A stretch of 63,635 bases of DNA, the filler included, from Folioceros fuciformis (lineage: Eukaryota), in assembly GCA_049999805.1 (NCBI GenBank). It is 15 parts of 15 records of this genome, joined end to end, with 100 filler letters (N's around TTAATTAATTAA, not from the genome) between each part and the next. Parts side by side here need not be neighbours in the genome. Positions count along the whole stretch, not along the records: positions 37,974 to 41,060 come from JBNGIO010002202.1; positions 41,161 to 45,787 come from JBNGIO010002203.1; positions 45,888 to 53,807 come from JBNGIO010002204.1; 12 more parts are not named here. One strand, written 5' to 3'. A program made the translations under genes and the position numbers. Below the pieces are notes generated by a model that was not told the DNA's origin, ran no database searches, and worked only from the letters and a program-made list of their open reading frames with translations. The first letter of the stretch is position 1, and each line of letters starts with the position of its first letter. Of the stretch, positions 38,487 through 51,089 are shown piece after piece.

Positions 38487-40713
38487 ATGGCGCTGGGAGA
38501 AGTCATGTCTAAGGAGACGGCCGTTGACGCCGGCACTACGCCTTCTCAGCTTGCGGGACTTCCTCTTCTTCTTCCCACTCTGTCAGCTCCCATGGAGGTA
38601 ATTACTGCCTCGCACCAGCGCGACCACGACGACGACAGCGCGCAAGTCCCTCCTGTTTCGCCTGCCTCCGCCTCAGCCTCTGCCTCTGCTTCTGCTGCGC
38701 CCTCGACCACGCTGGAACCGGTGCCGGAGGTGGAGCCCCCTCCCCACCCTCTGCCTGTGCTTCAGATACTGGCAGACGCGCAAGCGCAAGCGCAAACGGA
38801 GGCGCCGCACTTCGACGCTCAACCACAGGCGGATGCACACAAGGATGCGACACAGCAGGAGCCGCAGCCGCAGCCGCAGCCGGAGCCGGCACCGGAGTCC
38901 CAGCCAGCTGCTGGACCTCACCAAGTCGATGCTCCTACCTATCAGCCTCACGGTGTGCTGTACGATACTGTCTACCTCTCTGACCCCCGCCATGATGCGG
39001 GGGAGCCTTCCACCTCAACTTCCCTTGTGCCTGAGGCTGGCGCTGCCCCAAGGTGGCGCATGAAGGATCGGGTAATCATCTCCACCTTCAATTCTCTTCT
39101 TCACCTCTCTCTCGTTACGATCCTTTGCTCTGCTCCTTTGCCTTGCCTGGCTTTGCATGTCCTTGTCCACCGTGCTGCATTCCACATGCTCCTGCCTCCC
39201 ATTGCTCCTGACTCCCGTCTCTTCAGCTCTCTCCTCACCTCTGCTCCGCTTTCCTCTCTTCCCTCCCCTTCCCTTCAATCGCTCGCTGTTCCCCTGTCTT
39301 CACCAGAGTCTCTTGTGCTCAGGTGACTCCCTTCCCCTCCATACTGCAATGCAAGCCTTGCACTCTTGCAAATCTTGTCGGGCACGCCTCTTTTTTTCCA
39401 CCTCCTCCCTGTCTCCCGTGCTGGCCTTCTTCTTCATCCTCCCCTCCACGCTCCCTCGCCCACTTTTCTTCAGGCATGGCACACCACACCGCCCAGCTCG
39501 TCTGCACCTGTACCTGTACCTGCTCCTGCACCTGCACCTGCCGAGCCTCTAATTCTCACCCCTCCCTTGTCATGCGTTACAGATGAAAACAGGATGTGTA
39601 GCACTGGTTCTCTGCTTGAACATTGGTGTGGATCCTCCCGATGTCATCAAAATATCGCCTTGTGCAAGAATGGAGTGCTGGATAGGTAACTTTTTGTGCC
39701 CGTTTTCTAGCTGCAATAACGCATGAGCATTGAGTAGCATCTAGTGCTCCCTGTCAACGCCACGCCCTGCTGCGGCGATTGCCTGTTTTGCATCACAGAT
39801 CCCTTCTCCATGGCATCCCCTAAGGCTTTGGATGCAATTGGAAAGAGTTTGCAAGCCCAGTATGAAAGGTGGCAGCCACGGGTATGGCCCCATTCAAATA
39901 TTGCTGTGAGTTGCCAACATTCGGCGCCTGTTTTTGCACCAACGGTCACGCTCTCGCTCTAACTCTTTTCCCTTCCCATTGCAGGCTCGTTACAAGCTTC
40001 AGCTGGATCCAACGGTTGAAGAGGTGAAGAAGTTGTGCCAGCAGTGCAGGAAAACTGCAAAGTCTGAAAGGGTGCTGTTTCATTACAATGGTCATGGTGT
40101 GCCTAGGCCCACCATAAATGGGGAGATTTGGCTGTTTAACAAGGTGCCTCCTGCGAGCATATCCATGGTGTTACACAATTAACTTCCAACAGAGTCTTAG
40201 CCCTTCGCTTTCTCATACCTTCCTGTACGGCCGTGCTTTCTTTCATTTAACCTCCTCCTTTTTGTGCAGAGCTACACACAGTATATTCCTCTGTCGGTTT
40301 ATGAGCTCGAGTCCTGGCTTCAGACTCCCTCCATTTATGTTTTCGATTGTTCTGCAGCTGGCATGATTGTCAATGCCTTCTGCGAGGTATAAGTCGTTGT
40401 CGCAGTCACTGCTTTCTGGATTCAACATGTCTGCGATTTCGTTTTCCTCAACTGTGTACCCCGGTTTAGGGTTCGATGGTTGTCATGTGCACGTTTCTCT
40501 CTTGTTTATGCCCTGACCTTGCCCCCCCCCTGACTGTATACTCTTACAGCGCCCAGAATGGGGACCTGGAGGCGGCTCATCAATGGCTGGAATGCGAGAT
40601 TGCATACTGCTAGCTGCCTGTGCGGCAAACGAAAGCCTCCCTCAAAATCACGACCTTCCCGCTGACATATTTACGTCATGCTTAACCACTCCAATCAAGA
40701 TCGCTCTCAAATG
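38487..40713 (+). CDS. RAPTOR: Regulatory-associated protein of TOR, first six exons (3' part beyond this contig)
   Basis: MALGEVM..WRMKDR / [34 protein letters not shown] / [13 protein letters not shown] / [24 protein letters not shown] / [16 protein letters not shown] / [27 protein letters not shown]. Confidence 0.96.
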
Positions 40714-41160
40714 GTATGCTCCATATTACTGTCAGTTGCTTCCTCGTCCAGCAAGTTGCTTGCGTATCTTCGCCGCCTGCAGCTCTTACCCTTGGTACAA
40801 TCAGCAAACTGTTTTCTTGTGCATCTGTTTTGGAAGATTTGCAGCTCACATTCAAATTGCTTGAGTTTGAGAGCACGTTGCTCACATAGTAGATCTGACG
40901 TCTGTAAAGGCATAGAAAAACCAGACATTACTACTACTTCTCGAATGAACGCAATGAGTGAGAGGTGAGACTCGTCGAAATTTCTTTCCTCTTCGGGCCG
41001 GTTTGAGAAGGAACAGTCAAATAGTAGATAGCCCCATCAGGGACCTCAGCTTGGCAGTCANNNNNNNNNNNNNNNNNNNNNNNNNNNNNNNNNNNNNNNN
41101 NNNNTTAATTAATTAANNNNNNNNNNNNNNNNNNNNNNNNNNNNNNNNNNNNNNNNNNNN

Positions 41161-42460
41161 GTGCACCATCACTATATTCGAGATCTGGTATCCAGGGGCA
41201 TCATCAAGGTTAGTCACGTAAGTACAGACTCAAACACGGCAGACATTTTTACAAAGGGTTTGCCCAAGCTCCCCCACTATCTACATATGCAGGGGCTTGG
41301 CCTCAGTGACTATTCTGCCCACATTGACACATGAAAGGGCTGCGTGAATGAGAGGGGGAAACCAGCAAGCTACCTGCGGACGGCTGACCTAGCTGATGCT
41401 GCATATTCCCCCTGCAGCCCCTACAGCCCAGCTTCCACACTCACCTGTCACACGAGCGTGCACGGCTATGCCGATCAACTAAACCTAACCAACGAGATAC
41501 AACCAGGCATCGCTGGTTATCAGTGGTCAAGCCACGATGCCCGCCCGCAACCAAAACTGACTTACCAGATGGATGAAGCTTCAGCGTTGATATAAGCATC
41601 TGGCCTCAGTACCGCTAGGATCCAACAGCATACCATGGCGCCTGCGGCTTGCCAACATACAGATCAAGAGCCAAGACGCAGATCCGATCTTTTCACCACC
41701 TTGCACAAACGAGAGAAAAAGAGCTGCAGTCTCTGGAGCATGCGCGCAAGGGGATACCTGCAGCCTTTACAGCTCGAATGTCTCTCCAGTGCGCGCAGCC
41801 TGCAGAGACACAGCCCAACATCAGGAAACCAGCCACAGACCCGATTCCTCGCCAGCCAGTACGAAAAACGCAGTCTTTGGGGCAAGCGCGCGGGATGAGA
41901 AACCTGCAGCCCTGCAGCGTGGACGTCTTCCCAGCGTTGCGTCGATCCTTGGCCAACCGATCCCCACAACACACTGCAGTCCTTCAGGTGAGCATCGCAC
42001 GCCCGTTCCTATGCCCCCAGCTCCACTTGTTTTCAGCGACATGCGCGGCGGCCCTCTCGAGATAGCATCCATGCTCCACCACCCGTTGTCGCGCGTTCCT
42101 CAGTCCCTGATCTGCAGCGTGTGGCGGCGCGTGCCCTATCCTCTTCTCGTTTCGCATCTGGTTTAAGAGGGGGTGTTAAAATATAATCCCGTTTAGGCAT
42201 AAATACATTATATTAATTAAACCACCCGAAACGATATGGCTGGTGGAACGGCATGGATGGTGGAACGTTGCACGTGACACCCATAGGCAGTTATTTAGTA
42301 AGGGCGGTGGTTGGTATATTGTAATTAATTAATTTGTAAGACATTTTTTTGCATGCAATAAAGCAACTACTTTGCACGCTACTCCTAGTCTCCATCTCTG
42401 ACCACACCTCCCCTTATTGTCGTTGCAGTCTTTTGATTCGCTCTCAAGGGAGTGAACTAG
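41161..42460 (+). mobile_element. Ty1/Copia 3' end: RNase H terminus, ~0.8-kb 3' region, PPT and LTR start
   Basis: HHYIRDLV..VSTDSNTADIFTKGL at 41161-41330. A purine tract (TTTAAGAGGGGG) immediately precedes TGTTAAA at 42174. Confidence 0.7.
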
Positions 42461-45400
42461 TGTCAAGGCACACCTACTGCTATCTACTCACACTTCTACC
42501 TATCAGCCGGTCTATAGGCCTGAACACACACACACAACAAAGAGACCAGAAGCCTAGCCTATCTTCAAATCAGCTCACACCACTCACACTCCAGATCTTC
42601 AGTCCCTCAGCTCTTCATGATTCCCACTTCAGACCTTCCTCCTTCACTTCAGCCCTTCACCCGTCACTTTCAGCTCACACTCCTGCACCTCAACAACTCA
42701 CTCTTCACTTCTATGCACTTCACTCCAACTCTTCCTCTCTTCGCTTCAGCTATCCCCTGGAAATTGGGACACAACGGCTTCACTCCTTGCAGCCTTCAAG
42801 CGTAGTGTGGATACTAGGACTGGATAGCCCTCCTGGCTCACGGTCCTATCACTCCACTTCAGCCAGCCTGCGAATCATTCACCCCTTGCGGATCTGGCCA
42901 CACGGGTCTTGGCAGTCTTGGGATCCTCCATGTTCCCCTAGTGACAAGGGAAATCAGGACTTTGGTTCAGTCTCAACCGGCCCAGCGCCCTAAGCCAGGA
43001 GTTATGCACACAAGATCCAGGGAAATCGCACCGTAGACAGCCCCCCTCTCAATGGCAGGTCTCCCCTCTTATACTGCCTAGCCCTCATCTCTGTCTACTA
43101 GGCTTAACCTGAGTCAACTACCTAACCATCTCTCTCTCTGAGCTTCCCGTAGCCTCCTGGACTTTCCTTGGCTAATCCCTTTATGGGAGCCACCTTCTGC
43201 GACTCCACCCACGACCCCAAGCAACAGGGTATCAACTTCCTGAGAGCTTCCCGGACTTCGCCTCCTACTCCCTACTTGGTTCCGGCCAGCAGATCCGAAA
43301 CATCTTCGGTGCCCGAGACAAGCAACCTTTCCTCCACAGGCCATACTTCGCCAACTTGGAGAACTATTTTGCACACTTTCACTGATAGTGCTTAGTGAAA
43401 CAAGACTCCAATTTTGGCTCGAACGCGAGGATGTGGCTGGTTTCGTTCAGAAGAGGAGGGCCGATGAGTCTCCAGCCAGCTGTCCAGGTCCGATTCGATT
43501 GCTCCTGCTTGATGCACGACTGCCTGCTCCCGAGGATCCAACCAGCCCCCACCTTGATTCGTCTCAGAGAGACCGGGTCCTGCCAATCTGTCCTGCCTTC
43601 TTGCTTGGATGCGCAGTCTGCCTTGGCAATTCGGCTAAGCACCTGCCTGCTTGGATCCGCCTGCAACCCGCCTGCTGGCAGACCTCCTGCCTGCCAGGAT
43701 TTGTCAGCCTATTCATGTCGCGAGGTAGCGCTTGCTCCATGCCTAGTCTCCAGGCCACGATCTAGCTAGCTGGCAGGTTGCGCATCCTCTGCAGCAGCTT
43801 GGCTCCGGCTTGCCAGCCCGCCAGGTCGCCAGCCAGGCTACCTGCCCGGGTCGACCATCCATAAGCGCCCCCTACCCACCATCAGTCCTTCCCTCCCGGC
43901 CTGGACGCTCCCCAGCCAGCCGCCAGGCGGCTGCCTGGCTTCGGGATCCAGCCCTGCTAGCCCGCTGAATCCTCCAGCCACCGGCCTCGCCAGCCCCTGC
44001 TTGCTGTCTATCTGCAGGGTCACCTACTGGTTGCCTGCTGGTTATGTCCGCGCTGCTGGGGCACCTACCTAGCCTTAGCAACCAGGCCGCTGCTGGCCCC
44101 TGCAAGCCGGCCTGCGTGCTAGCAGCTAGACCGGGCTGGGCTGGCCGGTGGTGGCTGGGCTGCCTACGTGCGCCGGAGTAGGCTACCTACCTCCAGCCGT
44201 GACCAGCCACAACCAACCCGGGTGCCCAGTTGGGCTGCCTGCACTCCAGCTGGCCGATTTGCCCAGGTAGGCCACCAGTCCGATCAACCAACTTGCTCGC
44301 CCAGATCCGACTGGCCGCCAGCCTGCTTGGGATCCTACAGCCAGGCCGCTGCCTGGCTTCTGGATGTAGCCCCGGCCGTTTGGAGCCCCTAGCCAGACGT
44401 GATCCAAGCCAGCTAGCCATTGCTACTTGAACCCTACGTCACCCGGCTGTTGCTACCAAGCTGCCCCTTGCGCCTACGGCCAGCCGATCCAGCAATCCAA
44501 CATGGACCCCAGCCGGGATCCGGTCTTGGCCGCCTACTTGCCACCGACCCGGGCTGGGCTGCTGGCTAAGCTCCTCAGCCAGCCAGCAACCCCCCCCCCA
44601 ACCAGCGCCAGCCGGCCCTCTGACTCCGATCCAGCTGCTTGGTTCCTGCTAGCTAGCCGACCTGCCTTTCGAAGCCGTCTAGCTAGCCAACCAACCAGAG
44701 TCGACTGGCCAGCCTTCCCCCGCTTGGCTGACTTGGGTCCATCCCGGCTACCTGCCTGTTGCAGAGCCGGGATGGCTGCTGGCTAGGCTCTTCAGCTGCC
44801 GCCTCCAGCCAGCAAACCCCTCCTGCTAGACCTCAGCTGCCAACCTGCCTGCAGCTAGACTAGATTGCCTGCGTTGCAAGTGCTGGGTCACTCGCCGGAT
44901 GGGTCCGCCTGCCCAAAGGCCGCAAGTTGGCTTGCCTAGATCAAGTCGCCACCGCTGCTTAGCTCCACCCCCTGCTCAGCTCCAGCAGCAGGCCTGGAGC
45001 CTTGCACATCTGCGCTCAGCCATCCCTGTGCTGGCTCTGATCCTGGCGCGCAGGTCTAGCAGCCTGTCTGCCTGCCTGCCTCTTAGATCCGGCTAGATAG
45101 CTAGCCTGCCCAGCCTAATTGCCTCAGATTCGCCAGCCGCTTGCTTGGCTCTAGGATCGGCCAGGCACAACCCGCTTAGTCCGCTCCAACACCATCCGCA
45201 ACCGGCTGATGGCGGCGCCTACCTACAGCCTAGATCATGCCGAGGCCCGCCTAACCTGGATCCACCAGCCTCTGGGCTGCTTGCTCTGCTGGGTCGCTTG
45301 CCAGCTGCCTGCTGCTGTCCACGCTGCTAGACCGCCTGCAGCTCCTTGGCGACCTAGCCTCCAGCAGGCACGCCCTGCTTCGCAACCTTCCCGCAGTCAA

Positions 45401-45787
45401 CGACCTCCCCGAGCTGTCTAGCCTCCATCTGATCGGGACTAGACAGCCACGATCGGCTGGGCTACCGCTGCTGGGTTACCTGCCGCCATGGCCTGCCTCC
45501 TGGATCTGGTGCTACCGCAATCCCGAAGCGCCCTGCCGGCCAGCTGCACCCAACCAGCGAGCCCTGTCCTCAGCCCCCCCGGTCCGCTGATCAGCTAGGC
45601 TTCCTACTCGGCCCGGCCATCTGTCAAACTCGTATGCCCGCCAATCAGCGAGCTAGATGCTTCTACTGCACTTCGGGTTGCCTGCCTGCTGGCGGTCGGG
45701 TCTGCCGACTGCCTGCTTACTAACGGCCCTACTGATCCTTACACCTGCAGCCCTCCGACCCGCCGGATCCAGCCAAGATCCCAGCCC
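42461..45787 (+). mobile_element. Putative LTR (~42461-43400) followed by a long GC-rich non-coding internal region
   Basis: TGTCAAGG start, then ..CTCCA followed by ATTT-TGGCTCGAACG (PBS-like). Downstream is degenerate GCCAGC/GCTGG/GGATCC-rich sequence with no coherent ORF. Confidence 0.35.
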
Positions 45788-45887
45788 NNNNNNNNNNNNN
45801 NNNNNNNNNNNNNNNNNNNNNNNNNNNNNNNTTAATTAATTAANNNNNNNNNNNNNNNNNNNNNNNNNNNNNNNNNNNNNNNNNNNN

Positions 45888-46450
45888 GGAGAAAAAGTGC
45901 AATATTGAGTATGTATAACATTGAGGAAGGAAAACAAGTGCAATATTGAGTATGTATAACATTGAGGAAGGAGAAAAAGTGCAATATTGAGTATGTATAA
46001 CATTGAGGAAGGAAAAAAAAGTGCAATATTGAGTATGTATAACATTGAGGAAGGAGAAAAAGTGCAATATTGAGTATGTATGACATCAAGAAAAAAGGGA
46101 AGAAAAAGGAGGAACATGTGACATAAAGATAAAAGAGGATTGAGGAAAGAGAGAATGTGCAACATAGAGGAAGAAGAGGATTGAGGAGAGAGAGAATGTG
46201 CAACATCAAGGCAAAAGAGGATTGAGGAAAGAGAGAATATGCAACATCAAGGCATAAGAGGATTGAAAAAAGAGAGAATGTGCTACATAGAGAGAGGAAG
46301 AGGAAGTACGACATTCAGGAAGGAGAAGAAATGTGATATCTAGGAAGGAGAGGAAATGTGACATCAAGGAAGGAGAGGAAGTTTGGCATCGAGCAAGGAG
46401 AGAAAGTGCAACATTGAATGGCAAGGAAGAGCAACATTGACGAAGAAGAA
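45888..46450. repeat. Minisatellite: five ~41-bp units decaying into related A/G-rich units
   Basis: GTGCAATATTGAGTATGTATAACATTGAGGAAGG.. at 45897, 45938, 45979, 46021 and 46062. Confidence 0.9.
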
Positions 46451-47879
46451 TTCGTACCCACAATGAGGAAGTGGCCACTTCGCACTGCTAACTACAATTT
46501 GAAGGTGTTGACCTTGACGAAAGTCTTTTTGATATAAACACAAGTTTATATATACCCTAAACACAAGTTAAAATTATATACAACTTTAATTTGACCAAGA
46601 TTCATTATCAAGAAAGTAATCAGACTATGGAGAAGAGAAGTTAGAAGTGATGAGACTATGGAGAAGGGGAATAAGAATCCAAAAGTCAAACTAATACATA
46701 GCTTTGATTTCAACAAGATTCTTGATGAAGAAAGTGATGAGACTATGAAGGATAAGGCTGAGAAGGATCAGGAAGCAAGATCAGGAAGCTTCTAACCAAC
46801 CTCCATGTGTGTTCTCGAGTGGGGAAACTAGCTCCCATTTGGATGGGGAACAATAGCAAGGCGAGATCCGCCAAATGACTTGTAGGCGCAATCCTGAAGG
46901 AGGCCACGAAATCCTATGCTTGGATACTAAACCACCGAATGAAGAGGGGTTGACACCAATTATGCGAGGAGAAAGTCCAAGGATAAACCAAGAAGAGTGG
47001 GATCCTAGGTGTTTGAAGCTCAAGGAAGGGGAATTGGAGGCTCACTACCAGGGGGCCACACTAACCTCTGCAGATATATGGGATGCATCCTGACATGGAA
47101 TCTGCTCACACGCAGATTTCTGGATGTTTTTGTTGGAAGAACTTGATTGACGGGCTGCCTATGCCAGGCAGCTTGGAGTCGGGTAAATCACACCAGGTGC
47201 TGCAGCGAGATATAAAGAATATCAATCCTTACAACTCTTGAGCCCAAATATGGCTCGAACAACAAAAGCAATTGAGTTTCTAAGATAGTAGCAAGCAGTC
47301 GACTTCGACGACTAGCGGTCTCCATCTCCATCTCCAGGGTTTAGCGTGGCAGCCATGGCTGATGTCAGTGATTTTGGTGCGGGCTTGCCTCTTTGAGTCA
47401 TGCTCATTTGGTTGGGCTCACACTCTCGATGTGGGCCCACAGGTTTCAGCAGCAGCTGCAAGCATGCCCTAATCCACGCTCTCTAGTTTTTGGTGTTTTA
47501 CTAATTACCGTTTAGTGTTTGCTAATTGCCAATATTTAAATGGTATTATCCTAAACTAATCCTTATTTAAAGGATAATTGTTTCACTCTGCTTACTCAAC
47601 CTTAAGCTCACCTTTGGTATCGTGACAGCGGTCGTGTGAGGCACACAGCAGACGGTCAAGCTAGTGATAAGTGTGGCAACCTCTACCCAGCAGCATCAAG
47701 CTGAATAGCACAGCACATACCAAAGAAAGTGGTAAGAAGGTTAGCATCACGCAAGGTGGTGAGCACTGGGAAATGTGGAACCCCCATCCCTGCCCCCCCC
47801 AGTTGATGAGAATAGCTGGCAAAACGAAAGGGCTCGTCCACGCCGGGTACCCATGCCCTCAACTAGCTGTAGAAACAAC

Positions 47880-48014
47880 ACACTGGGGGCAATACCATAA
47901 CTGTTCAGGTACCTTAGTCAGCGGCGGATCCAAGCAAAACAAATGGAATCCGCCATTGCATCCATCACAGAGCAGCATGAGCTCTGCATCATCTACCTTG
48001 CGACACACCGGGCA
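47880..48014 (-). pseudogene. PHD finger (C4HC3) at the integrase C-terminus
   Basis: CPVC..LMLLCDGCNGGFHLFCLDPPLTKVPEQLWYCPQC, in the same frame as the integrase. Confidence 0.93.
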
Positions 48015-51000
48015 AGGGTAATCCTCCGGAGGGACCCAATTGGCTGTGAAAATGGCGGGGTCCAAGTTGGGTAGGTGGTAGGGGGCACAATTCTTGGTGT
48101 GATCTGTAATAGTCTTGCCATCTGCCCCCTGTAGCAGCAGCACGCCGTTAGGTCTCACTTCCCTCATTCCCAGCACATGGCGGCTAGTGCTGGTGTCTAG
48201 TGTATCACCAGTCTATCGTTGCAAATACACAAAGTCCACAAATTGGAACTTCTTGAGTTTGGGCCTGAAACTTCCGCTCCTGGTATAGGCATACCTAAGA
48301 GTGTCCCTGTGTTGTGCAATGTGCAAATTTGCCATAGCCATGGGCATGACCTGCCTAAACATCGTAGCCCTCTCCCCAATGACTTTGGCCCATATAGCCG
48401 GACTGTCTAAGTCCGCCACCTACTGCAGTTGCTTGGCGATGGAGCTAGGTGGCATTGGCTCATGGCCAAAAAGTAGGAAATACGGTGAGAAGTGTGCCAA
48501 AGAGGCATGCTTACTCATCTGGTATCCTATTGTGATGTAGGGCAAGGCGAGATCCCACTCGATCTTAGGCATCTATAGACAGAGCTTCCTCAAGCCCTTC
48601 TTGAGTGTCTAGACCATTTACTCTGCAAGACCATCATCCTGAGGATGGTCTATGCTTGTCCTGCAATGATCTATCAACGCTGCATCCAATAGATCTTGGA
48701 ATTCACCCCTAAATTCTGACCCCCGGTCAGTTAAACATTCACCACATCTGCCGAAACGGTTGAGTACATTCTGCAAGAATGCTTGAGAGGTGCTCCTGGA
48801 CGTCTTGTCAGACAGTGCAACAGCCTCCACCCACTTGGAGAAATGCTCCATCGTGACAAGCACGTACACATTCCCACGTGTAGTGCGTGGCAGCTCCCTA
48901 ATCAGGTCACATGACCATCTGAAAAAGAGGCCCATGATAGGCAAAGGATGTAGCTCCGGGTGCCAGATGGTGAAGGAAGTCTTCACCCTGTCGCATGGCT
49001 CGCAGCAGGCAACCCACTCACGCACCTGACCATGCATCCCATGCCAATAAAAATGAGGGGCTAGTAGGTTGTAAGTGCGTTTGACGCCAAAATGACCCAT
49101 ATCATTGTGCACCTTACTAATTAGTGCAGCTCTGTCAGCTAGTGGCGGCACCAAGCGTTCAACTCCATGTGCCAGCTTCCTAATAACATAACCATCACGC
49201 CAGTAATATGTGGCAGCACGATGCTTGACCTGTTCAGCTGTGGTTGGTGGGAACGTCGCATCCAGCTGTCCTGTTTGCAGATACTGCAGTGTGTAAGGAT
49301 CCTCCCAAATGTCCTTAGCCAGTCGGGTTGGTACAGCTGTGCTGCCACAGTCGACACACACCATAGCCACCAGAGCAGCGACCTTGAATGGTTCATAAGG
49401 CTCATAATCCTGCCTTGCCTTGGTGATGTCTTGACAGCTGCTGTCTGGATTCCTAGAGAGAGTGGTTGCATTCTGATGCTTTAGAGCTGGTCTGTGAACC
49501 ACCTGGAAATCATAATCCTGAAGAATCATGGCCCATCGAGCTAGCTTGCTGTTGAGCTTTGTGTTGGCCATGAGCCACTTGAGGGGCAGGTGGTCCGTCA
49601 CCAGCGTATTCGCTTGTCCATAGAGATAAGGCCAGAAGTGGTAAACTGCCCAAACAGCGGCGAGGCATTCACCTTCATAACTGCTGTAATTGGCCTGCGT
49701 CTTGTTGTTGCTACCGGATGCATAGGCTATCACTCTCTCATTCCCTTCTTCATCATGCTGAGCCAAAACTGCCCCAAGGCCCAAGCTGCTCTAGTCTGTG
49801 TGTAGCACAAATGGCTGCTTGAAATCAGGTCTGGCCATCACAGGTGCAGAGGTCAACCTGGATTTCAGGGTATCAAACGCCTCCTGCATAGCCTCAGTCC
49901 AAGTCCATACCACGTCCTTCTTGAGTAGGTTATTGAGAGGCTTGGCAATATGGCTGAAGTTTTGGATATATATCCGATAATTATTGCAAAGGCCAAGGAA
50001 TGCTCGCAAGGCAGAGACTTTAGTGGGCTTCTTGACCTGCAGAATGGCCTGCACTTTAGTTGAGTGTGGCATTACGCTGTTGGGAACCACCCTGTGCCCT
50101 AAATATGCAACTGTATCCATACCAAATTCACATTTGGCTGGATGGCACTTGAGCTAAGCCTTCCTTAGGTGCTGGAAAAGGTCCTCCAAGTGTTCCAAAT
50201 GTGACTCAAAGTCCACACTGTGCACAAGGACATCATCTATGTAGCACAATAGGTTGGCTGACCCGGCCAAAACTGTCCATAACCCTCTGGAAGGTGACTT
50301 GAGCATTCTTGAAACCGAACGGCATCACAAGCCACTCCCACAGTTGCTGTGATCCGTGAAAGGCTGTCTTTTTTATGTCCTCTAGTGCCACTGGCACTTG
50401 GTTGAACCTTTGCCTTAGATCCAGTATGGAGAAGTAGACAGATCTACCGATGCTATTAAAGATCTCCTTCGGTGTAGGCATAGGGTACCTGTCCTGGGCT
50501 GTCACGGCATTGATAGGGCGATAATCGCCACACATTCTCTCCTCCGTCCATAAGGCTTGGCTATCCTTCTTGGGTGGCATGACAGTCGCAGCAGCGTAAT
50601 AAAAAATGGAAGGTCTGATTAGCCCTGCCTCACATAATTCCTTGCACCTTGCATCCACCATTTCTCACTCAAATTGACTCAATCGATACCTTCTGCGATA
50701 TATTGGCTTTGGGCTTGTGAGGTTGATCCTGAAGGTTGTGACGTTGTAGCGTTTCAACTCCTTCATGGAGAACGCGAAGCAATCACTGTACTTGAGAATC
50801 AATGCCCGAATCTGCCTCTGCTATTCATCAGTGAGCTATGGTCCCATGTGCCAGTTGAACGTTTCAGTAGTGAGTGGCACCTTGGTTGATGGCTCTTGCC
50901 TCACATCCACCTTGAAGGTCGATGCAGAAAAAACAAAGTGGTGCCAAGCAGCATACTCCCCCCCCCCCCCCTTGCATCAACCTTGAAAGGTAGGCAAGGA

Positions 51001-51089
51001 TAGCCAGGGAAAGGTAGGTGCACTGCATCTGCTGGACAAGCCATGGCTACAAGGCTTGCAAGGGTGCCTCTGGTTAGCAGTTGCAAAGC

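Noticed and set aside
43380-45787. Dense overlapping Pro/Ala/Arg-rich ORFs on both strands
   Set aside because: Expected from GC-rich, stop-poor degenerate repeats. No domain motifs.
45888-46100. 41-bp repeats, possible CRISPR or coding repeat
   Set aside because: Head-to-tail minisatellite without spacers, and the period is not a multiple of three.
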